From: Epiperipatus broadwayi
Taxonomy: Eukaryota; Animalia; Onychophora
Assembly: GCA_028023455.1 (NCBI GenBank)
Contig: JAQFVV010000003.1
Location: 26,598,001-26,662,000 of the forward strand
Length of the DNA: 64,000 nt
Reading direction: 5' to 3'
This document shows positions 1 to 13,199 of this stretch, piece by piece. Position 1 is the stretch's first letter; the number at the start of each line of letters is the position of its first letter. The position numbers and the translations under genes are program-made. Below the pieces are notes generated by a model. That model was not told the origin of the DNA. It ran no database searches and saw only the letters and a list, made by a program, of their open reading frames with translations.

Positions 1-246
1 TCAACAGAGGAAGTGATATAGCAGCATGCAAATCATAAGCTATAAAATGTTAGGCAAGATATGCAAGTCTTCAAATTGAATAAGCAAACTAATCCAATTG
101 TGTTGTTATAACGTATTTGAGAACCATTTATGCTTAGGAAAACTCATAATTATGTCTTAAAAGAAATAAGATCAATTGTTTAGTTCACTTTGTGTGCAAA
201 ATAAGGTTTATATAAAACATAGTTGGGCATTTAGAATTAAATACAG

Positions 247-299
247 CAAGACGGCATTAGCTGTTTATTGTCATAGAACTATAGTTAGTCAGATCCATG
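247..299 (+). CDS. Candidate internal exon of an unidentified gene (KTALAVYCHRTIVSQIH)
   Basis: AG at 245-246, one open frame across 53 nt, strong donor G|GTAAGT at 300-305. Weak pyrimidine tract; no homology recognised. Confidence 0.25.
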
Positions 300-1104
300 G
301 TAAGTGTATTGATTTCTAGGTAATTATGAAACCACAATCTACTGTAGAGCAATTCCTAATCTTTTATTTAGATCAAATTAGATAAATCTCCTTTTGCTAA
401 CCAATATTGGATAATTATTGGGGTTATTTATGAACCAGAAACTTGATTGGGAAATATCAAGTGAAGTCCTCTTCAACAGTTTTTAAAGAAAAATATTAAA
501 GGAATTGGCATTATTCAGCAGGCTTATTAAATGTTGAGTGGTGACAGTCTTAAGGAATTTTCATTCTTGTTTTACCCTTAGATAAGAATAACTAAATATC
601 TATATGATGATAAAATTTAATTGGCTAGATAAACTTACTACAAGTTAGTTATTAGAAAGAAAAATTGTAGCCTGGAAATCTAAAAAAAATACCCATATTT
701 TATCTAACTCAAATTTGATTCTCAGTTCATGGACAGTCAGGCAGATGTACCATCACTATATCAAAAAATGTTTACAAAAACCACTAAATATTTTGAAGCA
801 ATATGTTTAATTTGACTTTTAAAAAAGTTTAATTACAACTAATTAATTTTTTTAAAAAGTTACTGGTTGGCTTAAACATTTTAAAATATTATCCTATTTA
901 TCTTGGCAATTTCATTTCAAAAACAAATTTATAATGATTGACATTTTGACCATTTCACCATTAGCTTTGAAATTTTATGGTATTTATTTAAGTGGTTATT
1001 TTATCTATTCTTCATCAATTTAAGAGATACAAATGCTTTCTTGGTCAGTTGTTGGGTTTTTGAGCATTTATTAGTTTTTATTGAGCAATATTTGCAAGTA
1101 AGTT

Positions 1105-1246
1105 CTCAAACATTTCACAATAAGTGTGCTCCAAAAGACACGATGCCCGATGCAAGATTAGAGAGGCATTTCATATAGCTAGCGACCCCAAGTCTATTAA
1201 TAGAAGAGAAGCAAGCTTTACACTGTCTCAGAAATGGCAGTTATAA
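1105..1246 (+). mobile_element. 3' end fragment of a Penelope-like element ORF (C-terminal part of GIY-YIG endonuclease)
   Basis: 1130-1246 translates SKRHDARCKIREAFHIASDPKSINRREASFTLSQKWQL*, matching the R..EA..I....INR....LS..W tail typical of PLE GIY-YIG domains. Confidence 0.55.
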
Positions 1247-1777
1247 CTCATTTGCATCAATTTGTATAAATTTCCATTTTATTTCTACAATGTAGTTATA
1301 ATAACAGCAGTTATGAGTATGAGAGCAAGCAGTCTCTTGAAAACTTTAAGCTCTATAATTTAATAGTTTTTTATTTTAGTAAAATTTTGCTTTTAAACAT
1401 ATATTTTCTAGCTTCATTATCTGTGCATATAGCGCATATATATATTAGTTTAATATTATGGAATATAAAATAATTATAAACACGATGATTTTACACACCA
1501 AGGTCCCACCCATGTCTCATCGCATAACAGCACTTCATATCAAGATAGTCACAGAAGGCACTATTGAAATCTATAAAAAGATTGACCAATTAATGTATTG
1601 CATTAGAAATGTTTTTTTATATCTTGATAATATTAGAAAATTTTATAAAGAAAGTGGCAATCAATGGCAAACTACTAATAATGGTTGTGATTAGTTTTAT
1701 TACTTAATTAATCCAAAACTATCTTCAGGTAAAAAGAATTGTTACACATGCATGCAAACTGTTCTAATGAGTATTGC

Positions 1778-1780
<3 letters not shown>

Positions 1781-1834
<54 letters not shown>
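1781..1834. repeat. (AT)27 microsatellite
   Basis: Perfect AT dinucleotide run. Confidence 0.98.
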
Positions 1835-1836
<2 letters not shown>

Positions 1837-2029
1837 CTTTCTAGTGAAAACTAATTTCTATATCAAATAGTACGTATAGATTTAAACACAATGATTTTAA
1901 TAAATAATTTTATTTTAACCTGAAAACTTTTAGAAATTATAATAGTTTAGAAATATTTTTTATCAGCTAACTCTTCAAATTCCTATTGCAATCATATAAG
2001 CATAAATGAGTATTAGTTGTTTATATGCT

Positions 2030-4075
2030 CTAATCATTGATGGAACCACCATCCACAGACCAATATAACAAATCATCATTTCTAACCAAGATCGATCTAC
2101 TGCATGATGGTTTCTCCAAACTTAATCCATCTTCTCCGATCTCTAGTCTCTCTTCTTCACATCACACCAGCACACTTTCTTATTTCTTCCAACCATCACA
2201 TATGTGGATTCTTTTTAGATCTTCTACAGTCTTTAGAATCCAATTTAAGATTTCAATTTTCCATCTATTATCTCTTCTAGAAATATGTCCATCCCAACTT
2301 CATTTCAGTTTTTTAATTCTTTCAAAGATGCAAGTAACACCTGTTTGTTCTCTCGCCCATGTATTTTATTTTTGGTCTCTTATTACTTTTAACGTGCATT
2401 TCTCCATACTTCTTTGAGTGGTCTGAAGTCTCCATATTGCTCTTTTGTTAAATATCAAAGTCTCAGACCCATAAGTAAGAACTGATAACACACATTTATT
2501 AAAAAATCTTCCTTTATCAAACATATTGGCATATTTTCTTTTAATATTAAGTTATTCCTTCCAAAAGCACTTACAAGTTTAAATTCATGATTAATTTCAT
2601 CTATTATGTTTCCATCTGTAATAGTAATCTGTCCAAAGTATTTGTAGTTGTTGACCTCTTCTAACTCATCATTATCAATTTTTATTTCTTTTTAAGAAAA
2701 TCCATTGAACAGTATTTTAATCTTTTTTAACATTTGCATTTAATCCTACTTTCTTATTTTCATCTGATAACTTTTGCAACATTTCTTGAAGTTATAAAGC
2801 ATTATTTTCAAAAACAACTATATCATCTGAAAAATATAGATGATTTAAATAATCTTCATTTATTTTTATTACCTTAGCTTTCCATTTTAATCCACAAGTT
2901 TTGGAGATATGGAGTCACACTATCATACACCATTTTCAATCTTTTTAATATGATTATGTAATGTAATTGTGGTTGTTGAATTTTTATAAATATTATTCAG
3001 AATATGACAGTATCCTGAGTTTACCTACTGCTGATCCAATGCTTTAATCATTGAAGAAATGCTTATAGAATCAAATGCCTTTTCATAGTCTATAAATCCA
3101 AACCATAATGGCAACTGGTCCTTTCTATAATTTCTCTCAATACTTGGATATAATCCATTTAAAACCACTTTTAAATCCAGCTTGTTCTTTTAGTTGGTTA
3201 AAATCCAAAGTTTGCTGTAAAATGAGTTGTAATTATTTTAGTAAAAGTGTTGTATAGAACTAATAAAAGACTGATAGATCTATAATTTCTGATATCTTTC
3301 TTATCACTTTTTAAAATAGTAATATTAATACTGCATTCTTCCAATCATCTGGTACATCTGTATGATTTAGACATTTGGTATATAACTTTGCCAAAAAAAA
3401 AAATTCTCTTTCGTCATGCTTTCTTTAAGATATCGATTATAATTCCATCATTACCTGGAGTTTTGCCCTTCTTCATAAATTTAATTGCATATCTCAAATA
3501 CTTCATTTAAGATTCTGGTCAGTTCAGAAAACATAGTAGTTGTAGGAAGTATTTTTCATTGTTTTTTATTGCTATATAATTTTTGATAAAATGCTTCTAC
3601 CCATTTCACGATATCATCCCTCTTTTTAGTAATAGTTCCATCTTTTTTTTTTCTTAATGCAGAAATGTTTTCTCCAATACCAATATGTTGTTTTATACTC
3701 TTGAGACTTTTATTCTCTTCTATATCTTCCTTACTAGTTTACAATTATACTTTCTTATATCATTATCAATTCTTTTTCCATACCATTTTATAAAATTCAA
3801 GATATTTAATCCTTCTTAATACATCATTTTTATACAGTTACAGTTTCATATTTCTTTTTTTCTTCATAAATTGTCGTCTCAGTAGAAATTTTACAGCTCA
3901 ATTACTGCTTTTTATATCAGCAATTTTTGTTACAGTTTTCAAAAGTGTATAATATTTGTATAGATAGTGTTCAAAATCTTTTAATACTCTCAAAATGATT
4001 TGCAAGTTCTAATTTAAATTTATTTGGATGTTTCTGAAGATTAGGAATAACAAATGTTTCATATTTTCATAACCC
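2030..4075 (-). mobile_element. 5'-truncated, degenerate RTE-clade LINE (RT and 3' region)
   Basis: Collinear nucleotide similarity to the RTE at 31118-33160 (e.g. ccatacttctttgagtggtctgaagtctc, ccattacctggag, gtttctgaagattaggaat); many stops and frameshifts. Confidence 0.85.
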
Positions 4076-7000
4076 TCCAGGGCTGAGATAGTGCGTACTG
4101 AGAGAAACAATGCCAAAAGGAAAATCAAGGAGCTTACTTCATTGCTAGTGATATCAATGCTATAAATAAAAAAGATGTGTTTTGCAATTTCAAAAAAAAA
4201 ATGGATGATCTGGGTTGTTTTGCATAAATTTGTATACAGTGAGTTTAATACATATTAAGGCTATGTATATGGAATAAACAAGCTCTGAAAGCGCTTAGCC
4301 AATATTATGATTTAGAATTTAGTAATTTTGCCTTTATACGTTGAAGCGTATTGTATTAATTACAAAGAACTGGTGAAACAAATTTATTATTACATTAGTA
4401 AACAAAGTGAAAGTAATATACATTAGTGAACAATAAATAATTGGAAAACAAATATTTTAAATTAGTGTGATCATAGCAAACATTTTGTGGAAATTTTTAT
4501 TAGTGATGATGGGAAATGCAAAGTAAAAACTCATGAAAATAATATATATTTAAAAATCTAAAAATAGTTTAATGAACAAATAATAATTGAATAATAAATA
4601 TTTTCAATAATCAATGCAAACATTGCAGAAAAAAATTAAATTATTTGCTGCCTTAGCTGATTTAATCTATTCAGGAAAGTTTAACATTAATAACACTTAA
4701 TGTAAATATGTTTTCAATTATTGTTTGCTAATGATTCATGTTGTTGTTTTTTGGGGTTTTTTTTTTTTTTTTTGCTTTGCTCTCACTGATGCTGTTTGTG
4801 ATCATTACTAATAAAAATTTTCACAAAATCTTTACATTGATCATACTTATTGAAAATATTTGTTTGTATTATTATTTACTGGGTTGTTTTCTACATAAAT
4901 GATATGTTTTTTATGTTTTTAAGGAAATATTATTATTATTGGTTTTCATTTTTTACAAAAATATGAAACTTATGAATTACTTTTTGCCTTTGCTCCATCG
5001 ATATAAGCCATATAGATAATGATTGATCAGTGGACAGAGTATACATACAGTTAGTAAATATAAATATATTATGTTCATATATATAATAAAGTTAAAATTT
5101 TAAATTGAAATTTTTATAACTAAAAATAGTTAATATTTATTTTATAATTAATGCATAATATGTGAACTAGTTAATATTTATATTATATAACCAGTGCATG
5201 CCAACAGAAAAATGATTAATATTTATCATGTAATTAATTCCTGATAAATCAGTAAAATAATTAATATTTATTATGTAACCATCACATGACAAATATCTCT
5301 GAAATAAAAATCTATTTTTGCATAAGTTATCATTTGCATATAGAGTATATATAAAACATAATATATATTTAAACTTTATTAGTCTTGGCTTTGAATTAGG
5401 GTAAATAGAGTGAATTACTGTTTTTATGCAGATATTAAAAATATGCTGTCATGTGATACTTTTTTTAATATATACTATTTTTGTGAAATAATTTAAGGTG
5501 ATTAGCATACAACTGATGTCACTGAAATATGTAGTTTCTAACCTAATATTCATATATAACAATAAGGATTCAAAAACTGTTTATGATAGAATCTCGGGTC
5601 ATTAGTTTGGATAATATAGCAAAAAAAGAGTATTGAATGTGCAAAATTCAGATTCAGAAATATTAAGGTGTTAAGAATCTCAGATTATTAGCATGAACAG
5701 TGTAGAAAGTAAAAGTGGCTGCTAAATGTGTAAGTGCTAATTCAATGCTGTTCAGTGATGAAAATCAGAAGCAGTCCAAAATTAGTCTATAGATTTGAAT
5801 TGGTATTATCATCTAGAGTCACTGATTACTCAAGCTTACAAAAGATGTTAGAATAGTCATAATTTAGAATCAATACTTTTAGACACATATATAGCTCTAT
5901 CATTGAATTTGATTGGAAGAATTATAGATAGCAGATGAAGTCATTATATAATATTATTTGCAAAAATATAATACCTAAATAAAACACCTATAAATAGATC
6001 AACTAATATGTCATCATATAAAATGAACATAAAGACTAATAATTCCCATTGTTTATAAATCAATAAAAATTTTGAATTGTTAAAAAAATTATCTGTATAC
6101 TATATGAGATATGTATAATATATATTAATTATCAATTCTACTTAACATATAAAATCAAAAAAATATGTAATTCTACACTAAAAATTCATTTTCAACAAAA
6201 CTGAAAACAGTAAAAATATGACAGCATCTTTTAAAGACAAGACTAAAAAGAAAAGCATCTAATTAGAGTTTAATATCTATAATAAATTTTATAAAAAAGT
6301 TAAACCTATCTTTAAAATGTATAAAATTTATGTCTGCTTATGATGTTCAGAAACAAAACATTTATAATTTTTTGCTAAAAATTTACTTTTTTCATAAATG
6401 ACAGTTATAAATATACAGTAGTTTTCTGTGCTGCAGCATAGGAAAAGCAAGGAATCAGAGTTTAATTAAGAATTTAAATTTGTCCTTTTAAACTGTATAA
6501 AATCTGAAAACAAAAAATGTCCTCTTCTATATTAAAAGTTTACTTTCAGCATAAATGGAAACACTAAAAAATATACCAACAGCTAGACAACTTATGACCA
6601 TGGTTCACTTAGTGATTCACAAATGCATTTTCTATGATCTACTAATAGTTTTCCAAAAAAAATAGTTTTTTTATTAAATTGATAAGATCAAAAATTAAAT
6701 AGACTGATATTTAAGCAGACTTATTTTATCAATAGTTATTTATTTTATCAATTAATATTTTATTTAATTCTGGGAATGGATATCCTCAAAATGGAATAAA
6801 TTGATTTTAAAAGTTCTTTAATTGGAAATAATAAATGCAAAGAAATGCAGAAATGAAATAGGAAATAAATTGAAAAAAATTGCAAATATATTAATAAAAT
6901 TACATTGAATAGTTTTTAATAATGAAAAAACAACAACAACAAAGTAGCTACTTTAGCTGTTTTTGATTGTCTTCATCTATAAATAAATTATTTCCCAACT

Positions 7001-9289
7001 GCATTTTATTTTAAATCTATTAAAAAACCAATTTACCCATGAGGAAATCTGTATTCAGTATCAAATTACAAATCATATTTTAGAATTTGTATAGACAAAA
7101 ACAGTAGTAATTTTTTCCCTTATGTAAACAAAATATTTGTATATCTCTATTGTTTATTTTTTAATCAATTTGATAAAAGAATAAACTATTTTTTTTAGAA
7201 AATGTTCTCATTATTTTGTGTGATCAAATTTGCATTATAAAAAAGTATATATTTTTTATCTGCTTATGCATTTTTCATGTTATGTATAAATTTTGTCAAT
7301 AATCATCATATAGAATCATTTATTTATTCATGTGACCTGTGAATGAAATGCAAAGTATTTGATTAAAAAAAGTGATCCAGGAGAGGGAAAAAAGATTGCC
7401 AACTACTGAGCTAGAGTAAAAGAAAAAGCAATAGGCAAAGTTTCATATTAGCAATTTGTTTTCATAAAGAAATTAAATTTATCCTTAAGTTGCATGAAAT
7501 TTATAATTGCATGTGATATTTGGAAACTTTTTTCATATAGAAATGCATTTTTTTTTATTATCAAGTAAATATAAATAAATGAATTTAATTTTTTTTTTTT
7601 TACAGTTGCTAATGAATTTTACTTAAATTGTAGCGTAATGTTATATTTGATTTTTAAATATTATTGCATAATAATTATATTTATGTATACATATTATTAA
7701 TGCTAGCAACTTTGTAAATAAATATTGACATTTAAATATGTAGTCCTAAGAATATACAATAAAATTTATGAAGTAATAACGTTTAAATTTGCATAAATTT
7801 AAATTTGTTTAAAATTGATATTAGTAACACTTGCAAATAATACCCATTTGTATCATTGTAATTCCCTAATCAAATGGATTGTTTTTCATTTGACTAGTGG
7901 ATTACATTAATACGAAATGATATTTGAAAATATATTAAAATGACTTTAAAAAGTCTAATTCATGAAAGGATTATGTGTATATACATTTAATGATAATTAA
8001 TAATTCATAAATATTATAATTAATTTGAATATATTTAAAAAAGTTTACCTATTTTGAAATCTGACGAATCTAGGAAAAGATTTGAACCTGTGTTTTCAGA
8101 ATAATAAAGTATATCTGTATTAAATACTAGTAGTTTTTTTTTTAAAAAAGGCCTTAAAATTCAATTTTAATCATTTGTTTCACAACTTTTTCCTGTTAAG
8201 TATATCAAATATAAAGAATTACAATAAGTTTCCAAAACATTTTTTTACGTACATTTTTTTTTAAATTTTAAATTTTACATTTTACTTTATTCAACTTATG
8301 AGAGGTTTTATATTTGCTCATGAACCCTTTCATTCAAATCAAGTTTTTGGATCTTTAAAACCAAAACTTTTCTATGCAAAATTATTGGATTTTTCAACTG
8401 TTCATCATTTTTCAAATTATTTATACAAAATATCTTTTAGAAATGGTAATTTAATTTTATTCATTATCTGAAGACAAATATTTGTATAGTGAAAATGTTT
8501 TATATTTAATACTACATATTCCAATGAACATATCTTCTTTATTGTGAAACATGTCAAATTTAAATGTGGATCAAAATTAATTAAGCATCATTTGCAAGTT
8601 TATTAAGGTTAAGTACGTACAATTTAACTCCAAATAGAGATGACATTATTAAAGATTTAACAATGCTTGAATTTATTAATAATGACACCACATGACTTTC
8701 ATAAGCTTAATGCTTCTAAGTGCTCTTATTTTCATCATATTTTAGAACCATCTACTATAAGTTTGAATAATCAATGAACACAGATGGAATATTGCTATGA
8801 AATCTTTATCTCCAGCACAACCAGTTTCAGGTTTTTGTCTTTAGCAATGAAAACTAGGATTGAAAGCTTGAATTAATGTCTTTGCATTTAACAGCCCATC
8901 TTTTTTATATTATTCAAACTAATAACCTGAAATTTTAAAAAAAAAATCTTAAGCCTTGAAACCCAGGCTAACCCCTCTGGCCTAATATTAAATTTTTATA
9001 ACATTGCAAATGAGTTAACCAGAGTTTGGAACTGTAGGATTTTTTAAAATTTAGGTTATAAGATTGAATAGTATTAAGGAGTAAAAGATGGCTGCTAGTT
9101 ATATGTAGATGCATTAGTTGCAGCTTTGAATTTTAGTTTTTACCGATGAAAGCACAATTCAGAAATTGGTTAGTCTGGAGTTAGGATTTTATTGCAATAT
9201 ACTATTTAATTTCCACTGATTACACAAGTTTATAATAGATGCATCTAGCATATTATGAAAGTAACTGTTCTTTCAATACAAGAAATATC

Positions 9290-9800
9290 AGCACTTTGCA
9301 AATTTTTCACAAATAAGAATTATTGGCATTTCCCCCCTTTTTTTATGATCACAGATGTGCTAAAAGTAAAACTTCATTTTCTAACAAAGTCTCATCAAGC
9401 TTTATAGAGAATTTGGTTATTTTTAAATATTCACATTACGAAATTTCAATGACTTGAATCATTTCATCACTTTTTCTTTGCATTGTATTTTTGATCAAAG
9501 GAACTTTGTTAGTAATATCAGACACCTACTTGTGTAGTATAGTATCAATTATAGCAAATGAATTAGTTCTTCACCAACTGAATACAATTTTTTGATAAAA
9601 TAATCAGTCTCAAAATGTTGCAAGAAACATGAAACCTATCTTTATTTTATTTAATGCTATTGAAAAGAGTTTGCTAATGTTTGTGTCTCAAATTTTTTTC
9701 AATTTCTTGAAAGTAATATAAATCCTTATTTTTCTTATCAACATGAATTTTTGTTAAATGTTTTTCTAGTCGTAAGGCTACATAGTTTCATAAAAACTTT
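9290..9800 (-). pseudogene. Degenerate hAT transposase fragment (Buster/Charlie, ZBED5/SCAND3-like)
   Basis: Minus-strand peptides RLEKHLTKIHVDKKNKDLYYFQEIEK and KVPLIKNTMQRKSDEMIQVIEIS*CEYLKITKFSIKLDETLLENEVLLLAHL match the Buster-family motifs RLKEHL..IH.DKK.KDLSYFQ and IPLSNNTVQRRIDEM....FSLQLDESTL.GNEALLLAYVR. Confidence 0.75.
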
Positions 9801-10659
9801 TTGGCAAATCAGCTGAATAAAACTGTAGTACAAATATTTAATACTACATTATTTACATTTTTTTAAGGGTCATGATATTATCTGTAAAAAAAAATGTAAA
9901 ATTTATGAGCTCATTTATTGTAATAGGAATATAAAATTATCAAGAGATATAACAGTATATATAAATGAAAATTTGTAATTTTTCTTGCAGGATCCAATAT
10001 TTTTTGCAAAAGTTGAGTTATTAGAATAGAAGATATGAAGTCAGGTATATAATGTTGTTTTTTTTATAAAATGGCAAAAGATAACAAACTAAAATTATTC
10101 TTTGCTCAAATGTAAATTGTCCAATAAACTAAATTTATTAAAAATAATTGATTTTAAAAAATATACCAATATGAAATTATAAATCAAATTAATTATTTTA
10201 ATTTAAACTTTAGCCTTATTTATATATTTTCCCCCTTATTTAACAATTAACACAAATGATTTAATAGATATAAATAAATATCATTGTATAACAGTCTCTT
10301 TAGATTTCTTTCACTTGTTATTTTTAATAGTGTAATAAATAAATAAAACGAAATATATTGATTATACACTTCAAATAATATTATGCTGACATAGGCCTGT
10401 TATGATTTTATTATTTGTAAGCATTAGAAAATACAGAAACATGATAATTATATAAGATGATATATGTGTAAATTGCTATTTATTAAAACAATTATACAGC
10501 TTGCTTTGTATGGGATCAGTAATTTGTAAAAATTGAAGACATTTAGTATGGATTAAAAATTGTAAATACTTATTGCATTTACACTATTGTTAACTACTTG
10601 TTACACAAATCCAAATTACATTGCATTACATATTGCCTATTTATAATATTGTTTTGTAG

Positions 10660-10809
10660 GAATATCATTACACACACATTTTTCTATTGATACATGCTGG
10701 ACTTCCCAACCATAGACAATACACCTCCATTTTCTTATTAAACCTATCAGTAGACTTGATAACTGATGAGTTAATAACTTGCATTTTGTCTGTTTATTTG
10801 GAAAATAAA
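10660..10809 (+). CDS. Candidate internal exon of an unidentified gene (50 aa, EYHYTHIFLLIHAGLPNHRQYTSIFLLNLSVDL...)
   Basis: Acceptor gttttgtag|G, 150-nt open phase 0-0 frame, donor AAA|GTAATC. No homology recognised. Confidence 0.2.
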
Positions 10810-11300
10810 GTAATCACTATGACGAATATTATGTTACACAACAGATGAAATATGTAAAATATTTTTTCAATTTTTTCTTCTCTTTATTCTTTAAGCTTTC
10901 ACTGTACTCTTATTTTTATTCATTATACCCAAGACTACTATTGCCCTCTTGATTATTCCAGCACCATTCAGGGCAGTATCATCCACTTGGGAAATATTAA
11001 TGTAGATATGAAAATATTTTTAACAAATGAAAATCAGTTCTATAGTATATCACAAGAGATATTCACACAACATTAAACACACATGAGCAAAAAGCTGCAT
11101 TGATTTCTATATCACATTTTATGAATGTTTCAAATTTTAAACATTCTTGGACTTGTCTATTTAAAGACAGACTTATAGTAAGTTGTGGTTATATAATTAA
11201 GATCATTCTATATTATACTTGTTAAGCCCAATTAATTCATTTAATGTAAAAAAAAAAATGTATTTATATTAAAATAAAGCAGATTTCTCATCTATTAATA

Positions 11301-11695
11301 ATATTTAAATACAAGTAATTTATATATATTTTTAAGCTAGATGTAATTAGAGACGATTTGAACCCAGACTTTCAAGCTTCCTTTAGTCATCCACTCTATC
11401 TTATATAACCTACATACATGCAAAAAATATAAATGATCTCCAATATATATATATTGTGTTGAACTAGCACTCATCAATTGGTCCAGATCATCATCTCCCA
11501 CACCTATATGTGATTATACATATATTTAGCAGATGATGATGTGTACCAACTGATGAGTGCTAGTTCAGCATGAAATACATATATTGGAGATTATTTATCT
11601 TTTTTGATCGTATGCAGTCATATGGGTCGGTTGTAATAAGATGGAGTAAATAACAAAAGACTTGAAAGTCTAGATTCAAATCCTCTCAATTTTCT
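11301..11695. mobile_element. Fold-back (inverted-duplicated) copy of a family-B-related hammerhead element (B')
   Basis: 11340-11520 is the reverse complement of 11520-11690 (gatttgaacccagactttcaag / cttgaaagtctagattcaaatc; gaactagcactcatca / tgatgagtgctagttc). Shares ribozyme and flanks with 42060-42130 and 61360-61430. Possible 10-bp TSD tctattaata (11291-11300 / 11696-11705). Confidence 0.75.
11545..11588 (+). ncRNA. Minimal type I hammerhead ribozyme (family B)
   Basis: ACCAA-CUGAUGA-GUGCU[AGUUC]AGCAU-GAAA-U[ACAU]AUA^-UUGG: intact core, 5-bp helix II, helix I CCAA/UUGG, 2-bp helix III. The sister copy at 42106 reads UACGUA, making helix III the palindrome AUACGUAU. Confidence 0.75.
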
Positions 11696-11969
11696 TCTAT
11701 TAATAGGTTGTTTTTTTGTTTTTGTTTTTTGGAAATGGCAGTTATATTAATGATTTTTTTAATAATTTTTTCAATTTGCAACTTTAATCTATAATAATCA
11801 CTGATTATTTAAGCTTATGCAAGTTGGCAATAAAATGGATTGCTCCTGTTTTAATCATTCTTTTTCTTACTAATAAGGTTTCTTTTTTAATAATAGTATT
11901 ATTTTCTTTTAAAATATGTGTGTGTTTTAAGGAGATTATAATGAGGGATCTGTTGTAATATCTGCATTA

Positions 11970-12228
11970 AACAATTCAAAACAAAACAACACTCTCCATA
12001 TAGTAGTGCCATCTTGTGCTAACAAGAGCAATCAATGGATGCCAGAAGGCTTGTGCATAAAATCCCTATCTAGTGCCTACTCATCCAATATCCCCAGACT
12101 AGTTTCTGGCTTGTGGCCTTCATCAGTGAGGAGCCTTGGATCTGAGAGCACTGCACCTAGATCTTTGAATTGTTTAATAACAATTATTGTGCTAGTATGA
12201 GATAGTGATCATGTGATGTTTAGTGGTT
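11970..12228. mobile_element. Family A hammerhead element, short insertion with internal inversion and 14-bp TSD
   Basis: Homologous to 61451-61690. 11980-12165 and 12170-12228 are in opposite orientation. Flanked by the direct repeat taatatctgcatta (11956-11969 / 12229-12242). Confidence 0.85.
12091..12132 (-). ncRNA. Minimal type I hammerhead ribozyme (family A)
   Basis: Minus strand UCCUCA-CUGAUGA-AGGC[CACAA]GCCA-GAAAC[UA]GUC^-UGGGGA: 6-bp helix I (one G-U), intact core, GUC cleavage triplet, palindromic helix III ACUAGU. The first pair of helix II is an A.A mismatch. Confidence 0.7.
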
Positions 12229-13199
12229 TAATATCTGCATTATTTAGTATGGCCTATGTATTTATTATATTTTTTAAATGCTTCACATAATTTTGTAGGC
12301 ATCATTTTTTTTTTACTATTTCTTATATTATAATTGACATATTACTCTTCCCCCCTCCTTCTCCAATTATAAAAATTAAATTATGGCATGCAATAATTTT
12401 TTCAAGAACACATTGTGCCGATTTTAAATTAGAAAATGATGTTTTTAGTGGACACTCTATAATTCAAATTACTTTGATGAATTATAGAGTGTAAATATGG
12501 GCCAATTCCTCAATAAACTTAGGGTATTTATAACTGTCACTTCACTAATTATTTACTATGCTAAAGCAGTGTTCTTCATTTGATCATTTTTTGATAGCCT
12601 GCCATACTCATAGATTAAGATTTGAATCCAATGAGAACTTAAAAATTTTAGACAGCTGAAAATTTATAAGTAATCCCATTGTTTGTTTGCTTTTTAGATA
12701 TTTTTTGCAGAATAATTTTTTAGATTAATTCCAAAAGATGAAACAAATCTGTAATACATTTGTCATGCTCCTATAAATGTATCCATAGCTTACCTTTACA
12801 TTTTCAATATATTATTTATTAAAGATAGGTCTAACAATTTATAGACTCTGCATTCTTACATTTAATGATGAAATCTGCATTATAAAATAATATAATAAAT
12901 AATATAAATAGCAATATATAACAGCAATTACAAAAAATACATATTTATAATTATGCAGAAAAGCCTTTTTTGGCACATAATTTTATCGTATTTTTAATAT
13001 TGATCATCAGGTTCATTTCAGGGGGTGCAATGCCCCCTGGACAGCACACTGTAGGGGCAGAACAAATGATTCACCTTAATAAAAAAATTAAATCAATAAA
13101 TAAGCAAAATATTAATTTAAAAAAATGGCTGTTTCAGTACTTGATTTTGCTAATGTTAATTGATTATTTTATTTTATTATAAGTGGTATTTATGTGTTT

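Noticed and set aside
1310-1370. Possible hammerhead downstream of the PLE fragment (gagtatga-gagc...gtctctt-gaaaacttta-agctc)
   Set aside because: Core lacks CUG and helix III is not palindromic; too degenerate to call, although the position would fit a pLTR.
9991-10044. Exon-like segment (ttttcttgcag...cag|gtatat)
   Set aside because: Stops in all three frames; at best a non-coding exon, unsupported.
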